Source of the DNA: an uncultured Verrucomicrobiae bacterium
Lineage (GTDB): Bacteria; Verrucomicrobiota; Verrucomicrobiia; Limisphaerales; JAFGQR01
Assembly (NCBI GenBank): GCA_963788655.1
Contig: CAWBHS010000036.1
Span: forward strand, 1-38,618
DNA: 38,618 nt
Direction of reading: 5' to 3'
This document shows positions 12,591 through 21,476 of the stretch, in pieces. A program made the position numbers and the translations under genes. Position 1 is the stretch's first letter. The number at the start of each line of letters is the position of its first letter. The notes below the pieces were generated by a model. The model saw only the letters and a list, made by a program, of their open reading frames with translations. It made no database searches and was not told where the DNA came from.

Positions 12591-12789
12591 ACTTCGAGTC
12601 CACCGTTGCGGTCACGCGCGCTGCCCTGCCTCCAAGATTGCGATAAAAATCAGTTGTCTTTTTCTCCGGTTCTCAGGTATCCGTTATCCCTAATGAAAGT
12701 CCCCGGCGCCAAACCGCGCGGCCAGTGGTCGCCCGGCGGCTTTGAAACGGTGTCGAACCATGCGATAAAACCTCTACACGAATTCAGGT

Positions 12790-14373
12790 ATGAAACACTC
12801 ATCTCCTTCCTGCAATTGTCCTTGTTGCGCGGCGGCAGCGTCCGCCCAATCTGAAGCGCCGCTGCCCGGGGTGACCCGCCGCCAATTCCTCTATGGCGTT
12901 GGCGCGGCGACCGTTGGCGGTCTGGCCTTGTCCACCCTGGAATTAGGCGCCGCGGAAAGCGCTGCGTTGCCAATGCGCCGTCCGATTCCCCGCCAAACCA
13001 TCACCGTGCAGCCGGTGCTGACCTACGACGTACCGCAACGCCGCGAAGCCACCAGTTGGCGGTCCTGGGGCGGCATCCAGACCGACGCAGACGCGAATAA
13101 AGAAAAAGCGCGGATCGAAGCCGAATTGGCCCAAATGAAAAAGGCAGCGGACTTCCCGCTGGAAATTCGGCCGGTGCAGGCTATCAAGTCGGTGGAACCC
13201 GCCGCCAATCTCGCCCAGGGCGATCACGATGTGATGTTGATTTACGGCGCCGGCGGGTGGTTGAACCTTCTCGAAACCCTGGCGGCCAAGGACAAATGGA
13301 ACTTGATGTTCCTGCGTCACGATCCGGGTCCCGCCTACCTCTGGTATGAAATCGCGCACCCGCGTTTCCTGCGCAAGACCGTGGACGAATACGGTCAGCC
13401 CGGCTGGGACGTGAACGACGTGGTGGTGGATCGTTACGAGGAGATGTTATGGCGGCTGCGCGCATTAAGCGGATTGAAGCACACGCTGGGCAAGAAGATG
13501 ATTTGCATCGGCGGCGCCGCCGGTTGGGGCGCCGGTGGCCGCACCGCGCCGGCCCGGACGAAGGAACTCTGGAAAATGGACCTCATCGATTATTCCTACA
13601 AGGACTTGGGGCCGCGGATTCAGGACGCCTTGAAGAAAGCGGAACTGGTCAAGGCCTGCACGACGGCCGCGGACAAATATGTCGGTAAACGAGCGGTCAA
13701 ACTGGAAACCACTCGCCCGTTTCTAAACAACGCCTTCGTGCTCACCGAAGTCTTCAAGGACATCATGGAGGAAGCCGGCACCGATGCCATCACCGTCAAC
13801 AATTGCATGGGCACCATCATGGGTATGTCCAAAACCACGGCTTGCATGCCGCTCAGCCTGCTCAACGACGACGGTTACCTGGCGTTCTGCGAATCGGATT
13901 TCGTCGTCATCCCCTCTGGCGTGCTATTGCACTACATCTGCAACCGACCAGTCTTCCTAAACGATCCCACCTTTCCGCACGATAATACCGTCACCCTGGC
14001 CCACTGCACGGCGCCGCGGAAAATGGACGGCAAGAAGCTCGAACCTGTGCGAATCCTGACCCATTTCGAATCCGACTACGGCGCCGCGCCCAAAGTCGAG
14101 ATGAAGATCGGCCAAGTATGCACCAACCTGGTGCCCGACTTCGCCAGCAAGAAATGGGTGGGGTTTGAAGGCACGATCATCGCCAATCCCTTCCACGCCA
14201 TCTGCCGGTCGCAAATCGATGTCAAAATCAACGGCGACTGCGACGTGTTGTTGAAGGAGATGAAAGGTTTCCATTGGATGACCGCCTACGGAAACCATTT
14301 GCGCGAAATCGAGTATGCGCTGAACAAAGTAGGCGTGGAACTCTTGAACGTCAGCACCAGCAAGCCGGCGTAA
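12790..14373 (+). CDS. L-fucose/L-arabinose isomerase-superfamily protein with twin-arginine signal
   Basis: Intact 527-aa ORF. TRRQFL plus a hydrophobic stretch; C-terminal CMPLSLLNDDG..AFCESD, FLND, LAHCT, CRSQI, GFHW motifs typical of the FucI/AraA C-terminal fold. Confidence 0.75.
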   Translation: MKHSSPSCNCPCCAAAASAQSEAPLPGVTRRQFLYGVGAATVGGLALSTLELGAAESAALPMRRPIPRQTITVQPVLTYDVPQRREATSWRSWGGIQTDADANKEKARIEAELAQMKKAADFPLEIRPVQAIKSVEPAANLAQGDHDVMLIYGAGGWLNLLETLAAKDKWNLMFLRHDPGPAYLWYEIAHPRFLRKTVDEYGQPGWDVNDVVVDRYEEMLWRLRALSGLKHTLGKKMICIGGAAGWGAGGRTAPARTKELWKMDLIDYSYKDLGPRIQDALKKAELVKACTTAADKYVGKRAVKLETTRPFLNNAFVLTEVFKDIMEEAGTDAITVNNCMGTIMGMSKTTACMPLSLLNDDGYLAFCESDFVVIPSGVLLHYICNRPVFLNDPTFPHDNTVTLAHCTAPRKMDGKKLEPVRILTHFESDYGAAPKVEMKIGQVCTNLVPDFASKKWVGFEGTIIANPFHAICRSQIDVKINGDCDVLLKEMKGFHWMTAYGNHLREIEYALNKVGVELLNVSTSKPA

Positions 14374-14398
14374 ACCAAGGTGACTCGGTGATGTGAAC

Positions 14399-14510
14399 GT
14401 GCTGCCGGCGGGACGCCGGCAGATGCGAATGTGTGACCATTGTCCGAGCGCGAGCGGCTATTGGACTTTGGAGCCACCGTTCCAAACTGTCGGCAAGATG
14501 CCGGCAGCAC
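14399..14510. repeat. REP doublet family B, copy 2
   Basis: gtgctgccggcgggacgccggca ... tgtcggcaagatgccggcagcac, between convergent genes. Confidence 0.8.
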
Positions 14511-14550
14511 GCTGGTGCTGCGCGCGGCCAATTCAACCGTGCCAGGAACG

Positions 14551-14871
14551 TCAGGAATGCTCGTGGTCGTTCGCGGCTGCGGTGGGACAAACCTGTTCGC
14601 TCAGCCAGGGAGTAACGTGATGCTTGGTGAGCTTTATCCGGAATTCACCCGGTTCGCACGCCAGGTATTCCCAGGTGAACGCCCCGAAGAATTCAGCTTC
14701 AAATTGATGCCGTAGCGGAACGGGATCATGGTTGTTGAGCAGGATAAAATGTTCTCCTACTGCCAGATCATGCCAGGTTTTCAATATCAGGCCATGCTTG
14801 ATCGTGCAGGGAATAGGACGAACGTCCATGACCCGATTGGCATCCAAAACTGGTTGGGCTGATTCACTCAT
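14551..14871 (-). CDS. DUF2249 domain protein
   Basis: MDVRPIP..KHGLI..W..L..GE.F.L.N.HDP.PL..Q..F.WEYL..P..FRI pattern. Alternative start at 14895. Confidence 0.85.
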   Translation of the reverse strand: MSESAQPVLDANRVMDVRPIPCTIKHGLILKTWHDLAVGEHFILLNNHDPVPLRHQFEAEFFGAFTWEYLACEPGEFRIKLTKHHVTPWLSEQVCPTAAANDHEHS

Positions 14872-14990
14872 ACAATCGCTACGTTGTTTCGTCATCTTTC
14901 AATCAATTAACTCGGCAAGTGCAGCTCCGGCCTCGAAAACCGCGCCCAGACTGCCAGAGGGGGCGAACCCATCTTGCCTATGCACCGATG

Positions 14991-15031
14991 ACCCTAACAG
15001 GCCATGAGCGCCATGACTTGATTTGAATCAA
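14991..15031 (-). promoter_or_regulatory. FNR/Crp-family box with class II promoter geometry for the DUF2249 gene
   Basis: Perfect TTGAT-TTGA-ATCAA at 15018-15031; extended -10 TGtTAGGGT on the minus strand (hexamer 14996-14991). Confidence 0.7.
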
Positions 15032-15110
15032 GCAAAACGCAGATGGGGGAGCACCCGGATCCAACGCTCGATCCTCGACGGAACCACCAGAAGCGGTTAC
15101 ACTCCCGTCC

Positions 15111-16320
15111 ATGAGTTCGACTGCCACACAAGCGGTACCGGACGCCCAAGGCCATTTCGGTCCCTATGGCGGACGATTTGTGCCCGAGACGTTGATGCAT
15201 CCGTTGCAGGAGCTGGAGGCGGAGTATTTCCAGCGCCCAGCAGGATCCGGAGTTTCAACGGGAGCTCGACTACTACTTGAAGGAATTCTGCGGCCGACCA
15301 ACACCGCTTTATTTTGCCGAGCGGCTGACGCGCGAATTGGGCGGGGCCAAAATTTATCTCAAGCGCGAAGACCTGCTCCACACCGGCGCGCACAAGATCA
15401 ATAACTGCCTGGGCCAGATGCTGCTCGCCAAACGCATGGGCAAGACGCGGATCATCGCCGAAACCGGCGCCGGCCAGCACGGCGTCGCCACGGCCACGGT
15501 CGCGGCAATGTTCGGGCTTGAAATGCGTGATTTACATGGGCGCGGTGGATTGCGAACGGCAGGCGCTCAATGTCTATCGCATGAAAATGCTCGGCGCGGA
15601 AGTGTGCCGGTGCAGGCCGGCCAGCAGACGCTCAAGGAAGCCATCAACGAGGCCATGCGCGACTGGGTGACCAACGTGCGCACCACCCATTACATCCTCG
15701 GCACCGCCTACGGCGCGCATCCGTATCCGCTCATGGTCCGCAATTTCCAGCGCGTGATCGGCGACGAAGCGCGCCGGCAGATTCTGGAGAAAGGAACAAC
15801 GCCTGCCGGACTTGCTGGTGGCCTGCGTCGGCGGCGGCTCCAACGCCATCGGGCTGTTCTATCCGTTCCTCGAGGATGAAGCGGTGCAGCATGGTCGGCG
15901 TGGAAGCGGGCGGGGAAGGCATTCTGCCCAACAAACACGCGGCGCGTTTTCAAGGCGGTTCGCTGGGCGTGTTGCAGGGCACGCGTTCGTATCTGTTGCA
16001 GGACGAACATGGCCAGATCCAACTCACGCACAGGTGTCAGCGCCGGACTGGATTACGCGGCCGTCGGGCCGGAACACGCCTGGCTGCGCGACCAAAACCG
16101 CGTGGAATACACCTACGCCAAGATGACGAAGGCGCTCGAAGCGTTCATGAAACTGGCGCGGTGGAAGGCATCATTCCCGCGTTGGAAAGCGCCCACGCCG
16201 TCGCCGAAGTGCATCAAGCGCGCGCCGAAGATGAGCGAGGACCAACTCATCATCATCAACCTCTCCGGCCGCGGCGACAAGGACGTGGCCCAAGCCGCCC
16301 GGCTGGTCGGGTTGGCGTAA
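15111..16320 (+). CDS. trpB: Tryptophan synthase beta chain; many frameshifts
   Basis: [80 protein letters not shown] in shifting frames. Confidence 0.95.
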
Positions 16321-16338
16321 CGGAGAGCGTTTGGCAGC

Positions 16339-16456
16339 GAAGGACGGCCATCCTGGCGGTCCCGAATAATCCAATCGCGCTCATTTGTAACGGGACGCTC
16401 CGCAAAAGATTGGATCCCCCTTGGACCTTCGAGACAGGCGAGACGCCTTGTCCTTC
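16339..16456. repeat. Degenerate REP doublet downstream of trpB
   Basis: gaaggacggccatcctggcggtcccgaa ... ttcgagacaggcgagacgccttgtccttc; imperfect inverted arms, each palindromic. Confidence 0.55.
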
Positions 16457-16529
16457 ATGGCAGAGTGTTTCCAAGAAACTGTAAAATTGCTTGGCCAGAC
16501 GCAGGATTATTTCCCATAGTTCCCACCCC

Positions 16530-17411
16530 ATGAAATCAATGACCGGTTACGGCTGGGGCGAGTGCTCCAAAGCAGGATTGAAGGTTACGGTGGAGTTAAG
16601 CTCCGTGAACCGGAAACAAAGCGAGATTTCCGTCAACCTGCCGCGCGAATTAGAAGTGCTCGAAGCCCAGGTGCGCGACGACATCAACCAGCGGGTGGCG
16701 CGCGGACGAGTCACGGCGCGGATTTCGTTGCACACGGCGGAGGGCAAGGACAGCGCCCGGTTGCACTTGAACAAGACCCTCGCCAAATCGTATGCCCGTG
16801 AGTTTACCAAGCTGGCCCGCGAGTTGAAGCTGGCCGGACCGGTTTCCCTGGACCTTGTGCTCCGCTCCCCGGGCGTGTTGCAGAGCAGCGATGAAATGGC
16901 CGACGCCGAGGATTTCTGGCCGACGGTGCGAAAGGCTTTGAGCCAGGCCCTGGCCATGCTCGTTCAGATGCGTAAGCGCGAAGGACTGCACTTGGCGAAG
17001 GATCTGGCCCAGCGGATCAAAACGATGCGCAACGCCGTCAAGCAGATCCAAAAACAGGCGCCGACCGTGCAAGTCCGCTACCGCAAACAGTTGATCGAAC
17101 GGATCAAAGGCGCCGGTCTGGCGGACCTGGATTTGGACGAGGAACGGTTGCTCAAAGAGGTCGTGTTCTTTGCGGATCGTTCGGATATTTCGGAGGAGTT
17201 GACCCGGCTGCAAAGTCATTTCACCCAGTTTGAGGATTGCCAGAAGTCCAATGAGTCGATTGGCCGCAAACTCGATTTTCTGGCCCAAGAGATGAACCGC
17301 GAAATCAACACCATCGGGTCCAAGGCCAACGACAGTTACATCGCCCACCGGGTTGTCACGTTTAAGGCGGAGTTGGAAAAATTCAGGGAGCAGGCGCAGA
17401 ACGTGGAATAG
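16530..17411 (+). CDS. yicC: YicC/YloC family endoribonuclease
   Basis: MKSMTGYG, SVNRK, DISEELTRL.SH, GRKLDFL.QEMNRE.NTIGSK, EKFREQ.QNVE. Confidence 0.95.
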   Translation: MKSMTGYGWGECSKAGLKVTVELSSVNRKQSEISVNLPRELEVLEAQVRDDINQRVARGRVTARISLHTAEGKDSARLHLNKTLAKSYAREFTKLARELKLAGPVSLDLVLRSPGVLQSSDEMADAEDFWPTVRKALSQALAMLVQMRKREGLHLAKDLAQRIKTMRNAVKQIQKQAPTVQVRYRKQLIERIKGAGLADLDLDEERLLKEVVFFADRSDISEELTRLQSHFTQFEDCQKSNESIGRKLDFLAQEMNREINTIGSKANDSYIAHRVVTFKAELEKFREQAQNVE

Positions 17412-17430
17412 CTCGAGATTCTCAAAGAAG

Positions 17431-18096
17431 ATGTCCGCTCAACAGAACCAGGATTCCAGTGCGCTAACGGCTCCAGCCGCCCCACGCAACAGCGCGGTGC
17501 TGTTGGTCGTTTCCGCGCCGTCCGGTGGTGGCAAGACGACGGTATGTCAGCACTTGTTGACCTTGCGGCCCGGCCTGACACGCGCCATCACGTGTACGAC
17601 GCGCCAACCCCGCGAAGGCGAACAGGACGGCCGCGATTACTATTTCCTCGATCCGACAACCTTTGATCAGAAGGTGGCAGCCGGTGAGTTCCTTGAACAC
17701 GCCACGGTATATGGCCGCAGTTACGGAACGTTGAAGTCCGAGGTGCTCGGTCGATTGCGTCAGGGGAACGACGTGATCCTGAGCGTCGATGTGCAGGGCG
17801 TGGCGAATATTCAACGGGCGGCCCAAGCTGACCCCGAGTTGCAGCCGGCGCTGGTCACGGTCTTTCTGGCGCCGGAGAGCATCGCCGTGCTGGAGCAGCG
17901 GCTTCGCAAACGGGGACTGGACGCTGCGGCGGAGATTGAAAGGCGTTTGGGTGAAGCGCGCCAGGAACTGCAGCATCTGGACCGCTTTGACTACGTCATC
18001 ATAAGTGGCACCATTGACGCGGACGTGCGACGCATGCAGGCGATTCTCGAGACGGAGAAGTTACGGCAAAGGCGGGTGGGGCTGCCGAGGTATTGA
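17431..18096 (+). CDS. gmk: Guanylate kinase
   Basis: SAPSGGGKTT, TTRQPREGEQDGRDYYF, FLEHA.VYG..YGT; synteny with yicC. Confidence 0.95.
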   Translation: MSAQQNQDSSALTAPAAPRNSAVLLVVSAPSGGGKTTVCQHLLTLRPGLTRAITCTTRQPREGEQDGRDYYFLDPTTFDQKVAAGEFLEHATVYGRSYGTLKSEVLGRLRQGNDVILSVDVQGVANIQRAAQADPELQPALVTVFLAPESIAVLEQRLRKRGLDAAAEIERRLGEARQELQHLDRFDYVIISGTIDADVRRMQAILETEKLRQRRVGLPRY

Positions 18097-18107
18097 AGGG
18101 GGATGAG

Positions 18108-18149
18108 GCTGGATGCGGGATGCCGGATACCAGATGCGGGATGATGGAT
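18108..18149 (+). repeat. Heptamer tandem array, six units
   Basis: gctggat gcgggat gccggat accagat gcgggat gatggat fills the gmk-coaC gap. Confidence 0.8.
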
Positions 18150-18163
18150 TTGAATTGGACTAG

Positions 18164-18742
18164 ATGAACACGGGCAAACAGGTGATTTTGGGAGTGACGG
18201 GCTCGATTGCCGCGCACAAAGCGGTGGATATTTGCAGTTCGTTGACCAAGCAGGGTTGTGACGTGCGAGTGGTGATGACCGCTGATGCGCAACGTTTCGT
18301 GACCGCCCTTCCCTTCAAGGTGCTTTCACGTCACCCCGTCGTGACCGATTTATACGACGAAGAGGAAGGCTGGAAACCCACGCACATCGCCCTGGCCGAC
18401 GCGGCGGATTTGCTGCTGATCGCTCCGGCGACTGCCAACATCATTACCAAACTGGCTCATGGGCTCGCGGACGATGCGTTGACGTGTATTGCGCTCGCCT
18501 TGAATCCGCGGGCCAAAGTGCTCGTCGCTCCCGCCATGAACGGCAAGATGTGGCTGCACCCCGCTACGGAACAAAATGTCGCCACCCTCAAATCGCGAGG
18601 CGTACATTTCATCGGGCCGGACGAGGGAATGCTTTCGTGCGGCTACGAAGGCGTCGGCCGGTTGTTGGGTGTGGAGTCGATTGTTGAAGCGGTGATGAAG
18701 GCGCTCAGCGCGCCGGCCGGGCGGAAGCAGAAACGGCGCTGA
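18164..18742 (+). CDS. coaC: Phosphopantothenoylcysteine decarboxylase (stand-alone CoaC flavoprotein)
   Basis: GVTGSIAAHK, HIALAD.AD..LIAPATAN, PAMN..MW, GMLSCG..G.GRL; 192 aa with no CoaB half. Confidence 0.9.
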   Translation: MNTGKQVILGVTGSIAAHKAVDICSSLTKQGCDVRVVMTADAQRFVTALPFKVLSRHPVVTDLYDEEEGWKPTHIALADAADLLLIAPATANIITKLAHGLADDALTCIALALNPRAKVLVAPAMNGKMWLHPATEQNVATLKSRGVHFIGPDEGMLSCGYEGVGRLLGVESIVEAVMKALSAPAGRKQKRR

Positions 18743-18828
18743 ACTCAGTGGCGGCACACCGCCGTCGTAGCATCCATCAGGATCATTTGTTGAGCGCCGA
18801 CAAGCAGGTCGGTGCTCCGGCAAGCGGT

Positions 18829-19797
18829 TCAAGCCTGCACTTGCAGGTATTCAACTTTGGTTTCCGCGGTGAGAGCCACGCGTTCGAGGCAGGCGGGCAG
18901 CAACGCGAATTGGCCGGCGGTCAGTGGCAGTTCATGTTCGTTGTACTTGAGCCGCAGTCGGCCGTGGAGCACCCCGATGATTTGCACGCCGTCGCTCCGC
19001 AGATAGAAGCGTTGGTCGCGTTTGACGCGGCAGGCATCCACGCGGAACAAGGGATCATTCACCAGAAAGCGCACGGCAAAACTTTGGTTGCGCGAGAATT
19101 CGCTGTGAATGAGCGGCGGCTCAAAATCGTGGAAGTCGATGCTGGCCAGGGATTGCTCGACGTGAAGCTCGCGCGGTTGGCCATCCAACCCCACGCGGTT
19201 CCAGTCAAACACGCGGTAGGTGGTGTCCGAGTTTTGCTGAATCTCGAAAATGACGGGACCGGCCCCGATGGCATGCACGCGTCCGCTGGGCAGAAACATC
19301 GCGTCGCTGGCTTTCACCGGGAGGCGTTGAAAACAGTCGGCGACCGTGCCGTCCTTAATCTTGCGTTCGAATTGCTCCCGGTTTACGCCGCGCTTCAGTC
19401 CCACAAAAAGATCTGCTTCCGGCGTGGCATCGGCGATGTACCACATCTCCGTTTTGGGCTCCCCACCCAGTTGCGCCGCCACGGTCGCCGGTGGATGGAC
19501 TTGCAGAGAAAGTTTTTCCTGGGCATCGAGGATTTTGATCAGCAAGGGAAAACGTTCCCCTGCGGGAGCGACGGTGCCTAGCAACTGCTCGCGATGGTTT
19601 TCCATTAGCCAGTGCAGATCTTTGCCGGCCAGCGGACCGTTGGCGATGACACTCACGTCCTCGGGACGATCCACAATTTCCCAGGATTCGCCAATGGGCT
19701 TCTCGGGCGGGAGCGCTTTTTGATACAACTGCTCCAATTTGCGGCCACCCCAAACGCGTTCTTTGAATAGGGGTTGAAAGGAGAATGGGTAGAGCAT
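18829..19797 (-). CDS. manA: Mannose-6-phosphate isomerase class I
   Basis: VWGG, IGESWE, FPLLIKILDA..LSLQVHP, KTEMWY, VHAIG, EIQQNSDTTYRVFDW. Confidence 0.92.
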   Translation of the reverse strand: MLYPFSFQPLFKERVWGGRKLEQLYQKALPPEKPIGESWEIVDRPEDVSVIANGPLAGKDLHWLMENHREQLLGTVAPAGERFPLLIKILDAQEKLSLQVHPPATVAAQLGGEPKTEMWYIADATPEADLFVGLKRGVNREQFERKIKDGTVADCFQRLPVKASDAMFLPSGRVHAIGAGPVIFEIQQNSDTTYRVFDWNRVGLDGQPRELHVEQSLASIDFHDFEPPLIHSEFSRNQSFAVRFLVNDPLFRVDACRVKRDQRFYLRSDGVQIIGVLHGRLRLKYNEHELPLTAGQFALLPACLERVALTAETKVEYLQVQA

Positions 19798-19848
19798 GGA
19801 AAGGGGGAGTGATGGGGTGAGTAATTTGGTGAGGCGGGAGCTTAGGTT

Positions 19849-20037
19849 AAATCCGAAATCCGAAGGTCGAAATCCGAAGGCCCGAAATTGAAAGCCTGCG
19901 GACGGCTGTCAGCATTGGTAGCCAAAGGGTGGCGGGGCGAGCGAAGGCGTCCTCAAAAGGACGTCACAGCAAGTCTTGTCCATTCGGCTATCGATATTCG
20001 GGTTTCTTTCGGATTTTGGATTTCGGTCTTCGGATTT
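19849..20037. repeat. Inverted heptamer-array element (AAATCCG)n ... (CGGATTT)n
   Basis: aaatccg aaatccg aaggtcg aaatccg at the left; cggattt tggattt cggtctt cggattt at the right. Confidence 0.85.
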
Positions 20038-20085
20038 CCAATCCCTTTGTCTTTGGAATGCGTAATGGCATTCTGAAACGTTCGG

Positions 20086-21081
20086 TTACGATGCGGGTGT
20101 CGATTGGAGGCCCGGGGCCTTCTTCTCCAGGTAATGTCCGTGCGCACGGAACTTTTGATAACGCTGTTTGAGACGTTCGCTGGCGGGAAGCTTTAGAAGT
20201 TGTTCGAGATTCTTGAGCAGGACTTTCTTGAACGTCGCCGCCATCGCGTCGAGGTCGTTGTGAGCGCCGCCCATCGGTTCGGGAATGATTTCATCCACCA
20301 ACTCGAGTTCGTGCAGGTGCTGGGCGGTGATCTTCAGAGCTTCGGCGGCTTTGGCGGCGGCAGCGCGTTCTTTCCACAGAATTGCCGCGCATCCTTCCGG
20401 GCTGATGACGGAATAATAGGCATTCTCCAGGATCAACACCCGGTCGGCAACGCCGATGCCCAGTGCTCCGCCAGAGCCTCCTTCGCCGATGACCACGGCG
20501 ATGATCGGGACCGACAGGAGCATCATCTCGCGCAAATTCACCGCGATAGCCTCGGCGATATGACGTTCTTCGGCGCCGATGCCGGGGTACGCTCCCGCCG
20601 TGTCGATCAACGTCACAATGGGCAGACCGAATTTGTCGGCCAGACGCATGAGGCGGAGCGCCTTGCGATAACCTTCCGGATGGGCGGAGCCAAAATTGCG
20701 CCGGATGTTTTCCTTGGTGTCGCGACCTTTCTGCGTGCCGATCACCATGGTCTTGTGTTGGTCCAACCGCGCCAGACCCCCCACCATCGCCCGGTCTTCG
20801 GCAAAGAGGCGGTCGCCGTGGAGTTCGTTGAAATTCGTAAAGGCCCGTTCGACATAATCCAACGTGAACGGGCGCTTGGGATGCCGGGCCAGTTGCACCC
20901 GCTGCCAGGCGGTCAAATTCGAATAGATTGCCTTGCGCGTATCGGCAATTTTGCTCTCAATGCGTGCAATCTCTTCCTCGAAGTTGACCTTCAAAGAATG
21001 CATGTCCGGATGCTTTTTTAATTCGTCCAGCTTGCGTTGCAGCTCGATGATCGGCTTTTCGAAGTCAAGCTGATGCTTCAT
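20086..21081 (-). CDS. accA: Acetyl-CoA carboxylase carboxyltransferase alpha subunit
   Basis: LDFEKPI, WQRVQLARHP.RP, ELHGDR, PEGYRKALRLM, IDT.GAYPG, GEGGSGGAL, YSVISPEGCA.ILW. Confidence 0.97.
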   Translation of the reverse strand: MKHQLDFEKPIIELQRKLDELKKHPDMHSLKVNFEEEIARIESKIADTRKAIYSNLTAWQRVQLARHPKRPFTLDYVERAFTNFNELHGDRLFAEDRAMVGGLARLDQHKTMVIGTQKGRDTKENIRRNFGSAHPEGYRKALRLMRLADKFGLPIVTLIDTAGAYPGIGAEERHIAEAIAVNLREMMLLSVPIIAVVIGEGGSGGALGIGVADRVLILENAYYSVISPEGCAAILWKERAAAAKAAEALKITAQHLHELELVDEIIPEPMGGAHNDLDAMAATFKKVLLKNLEQLLKLPASERLKQRYQKFRAHGHYLEKKAPGLQSTPAS

Positions 21082-21415
21082 AAGCAGCAGTGTAGGTATG
21101 CGCCCCAACTCAGGCAACGCCGAAATCTAGCGTGCTACCCCACGCGCTATTGCGGCTATTGACCGGGCATTGCGCCGAGCAATCCCTGCCGGAAGTCCGG
21201 GAGCATTTGCATTCCCGCCCAGGCCAGGGCCTCAAGACTCCTCGTTCATGAACCTTCCCAAAGCAAATGACTTTGTCCCAAGCCCCAATGACCGGCTGGC
21301 TGGCGCACGACCGCTCGAACTCGGATTGGCATTGGGGGACGTGCTGGTTCTTCAGCCATTGGGCCTTGACTCCCCGGACCATTACCAAACGAACCGGGCG
21401 CGAACACCGCTCCCT

Positions 21416-21451
21416 AAAAGCGAACCGGCGGACCGTTGCCGATCCGCCGGT
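21416..21451 (-). terminator. Probable intrinsic terminator of rpsA
   Basis: Minus strand ACCGGCGGATCG-GCAA-CGGTCCGCCGGT followed by TCGCTTTT, 25 nt after the rpsA stop. Confidence 0.7.
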
Positions 21452-21476
21452 CGTGAGAAACATCAGGCGTTGAGTT

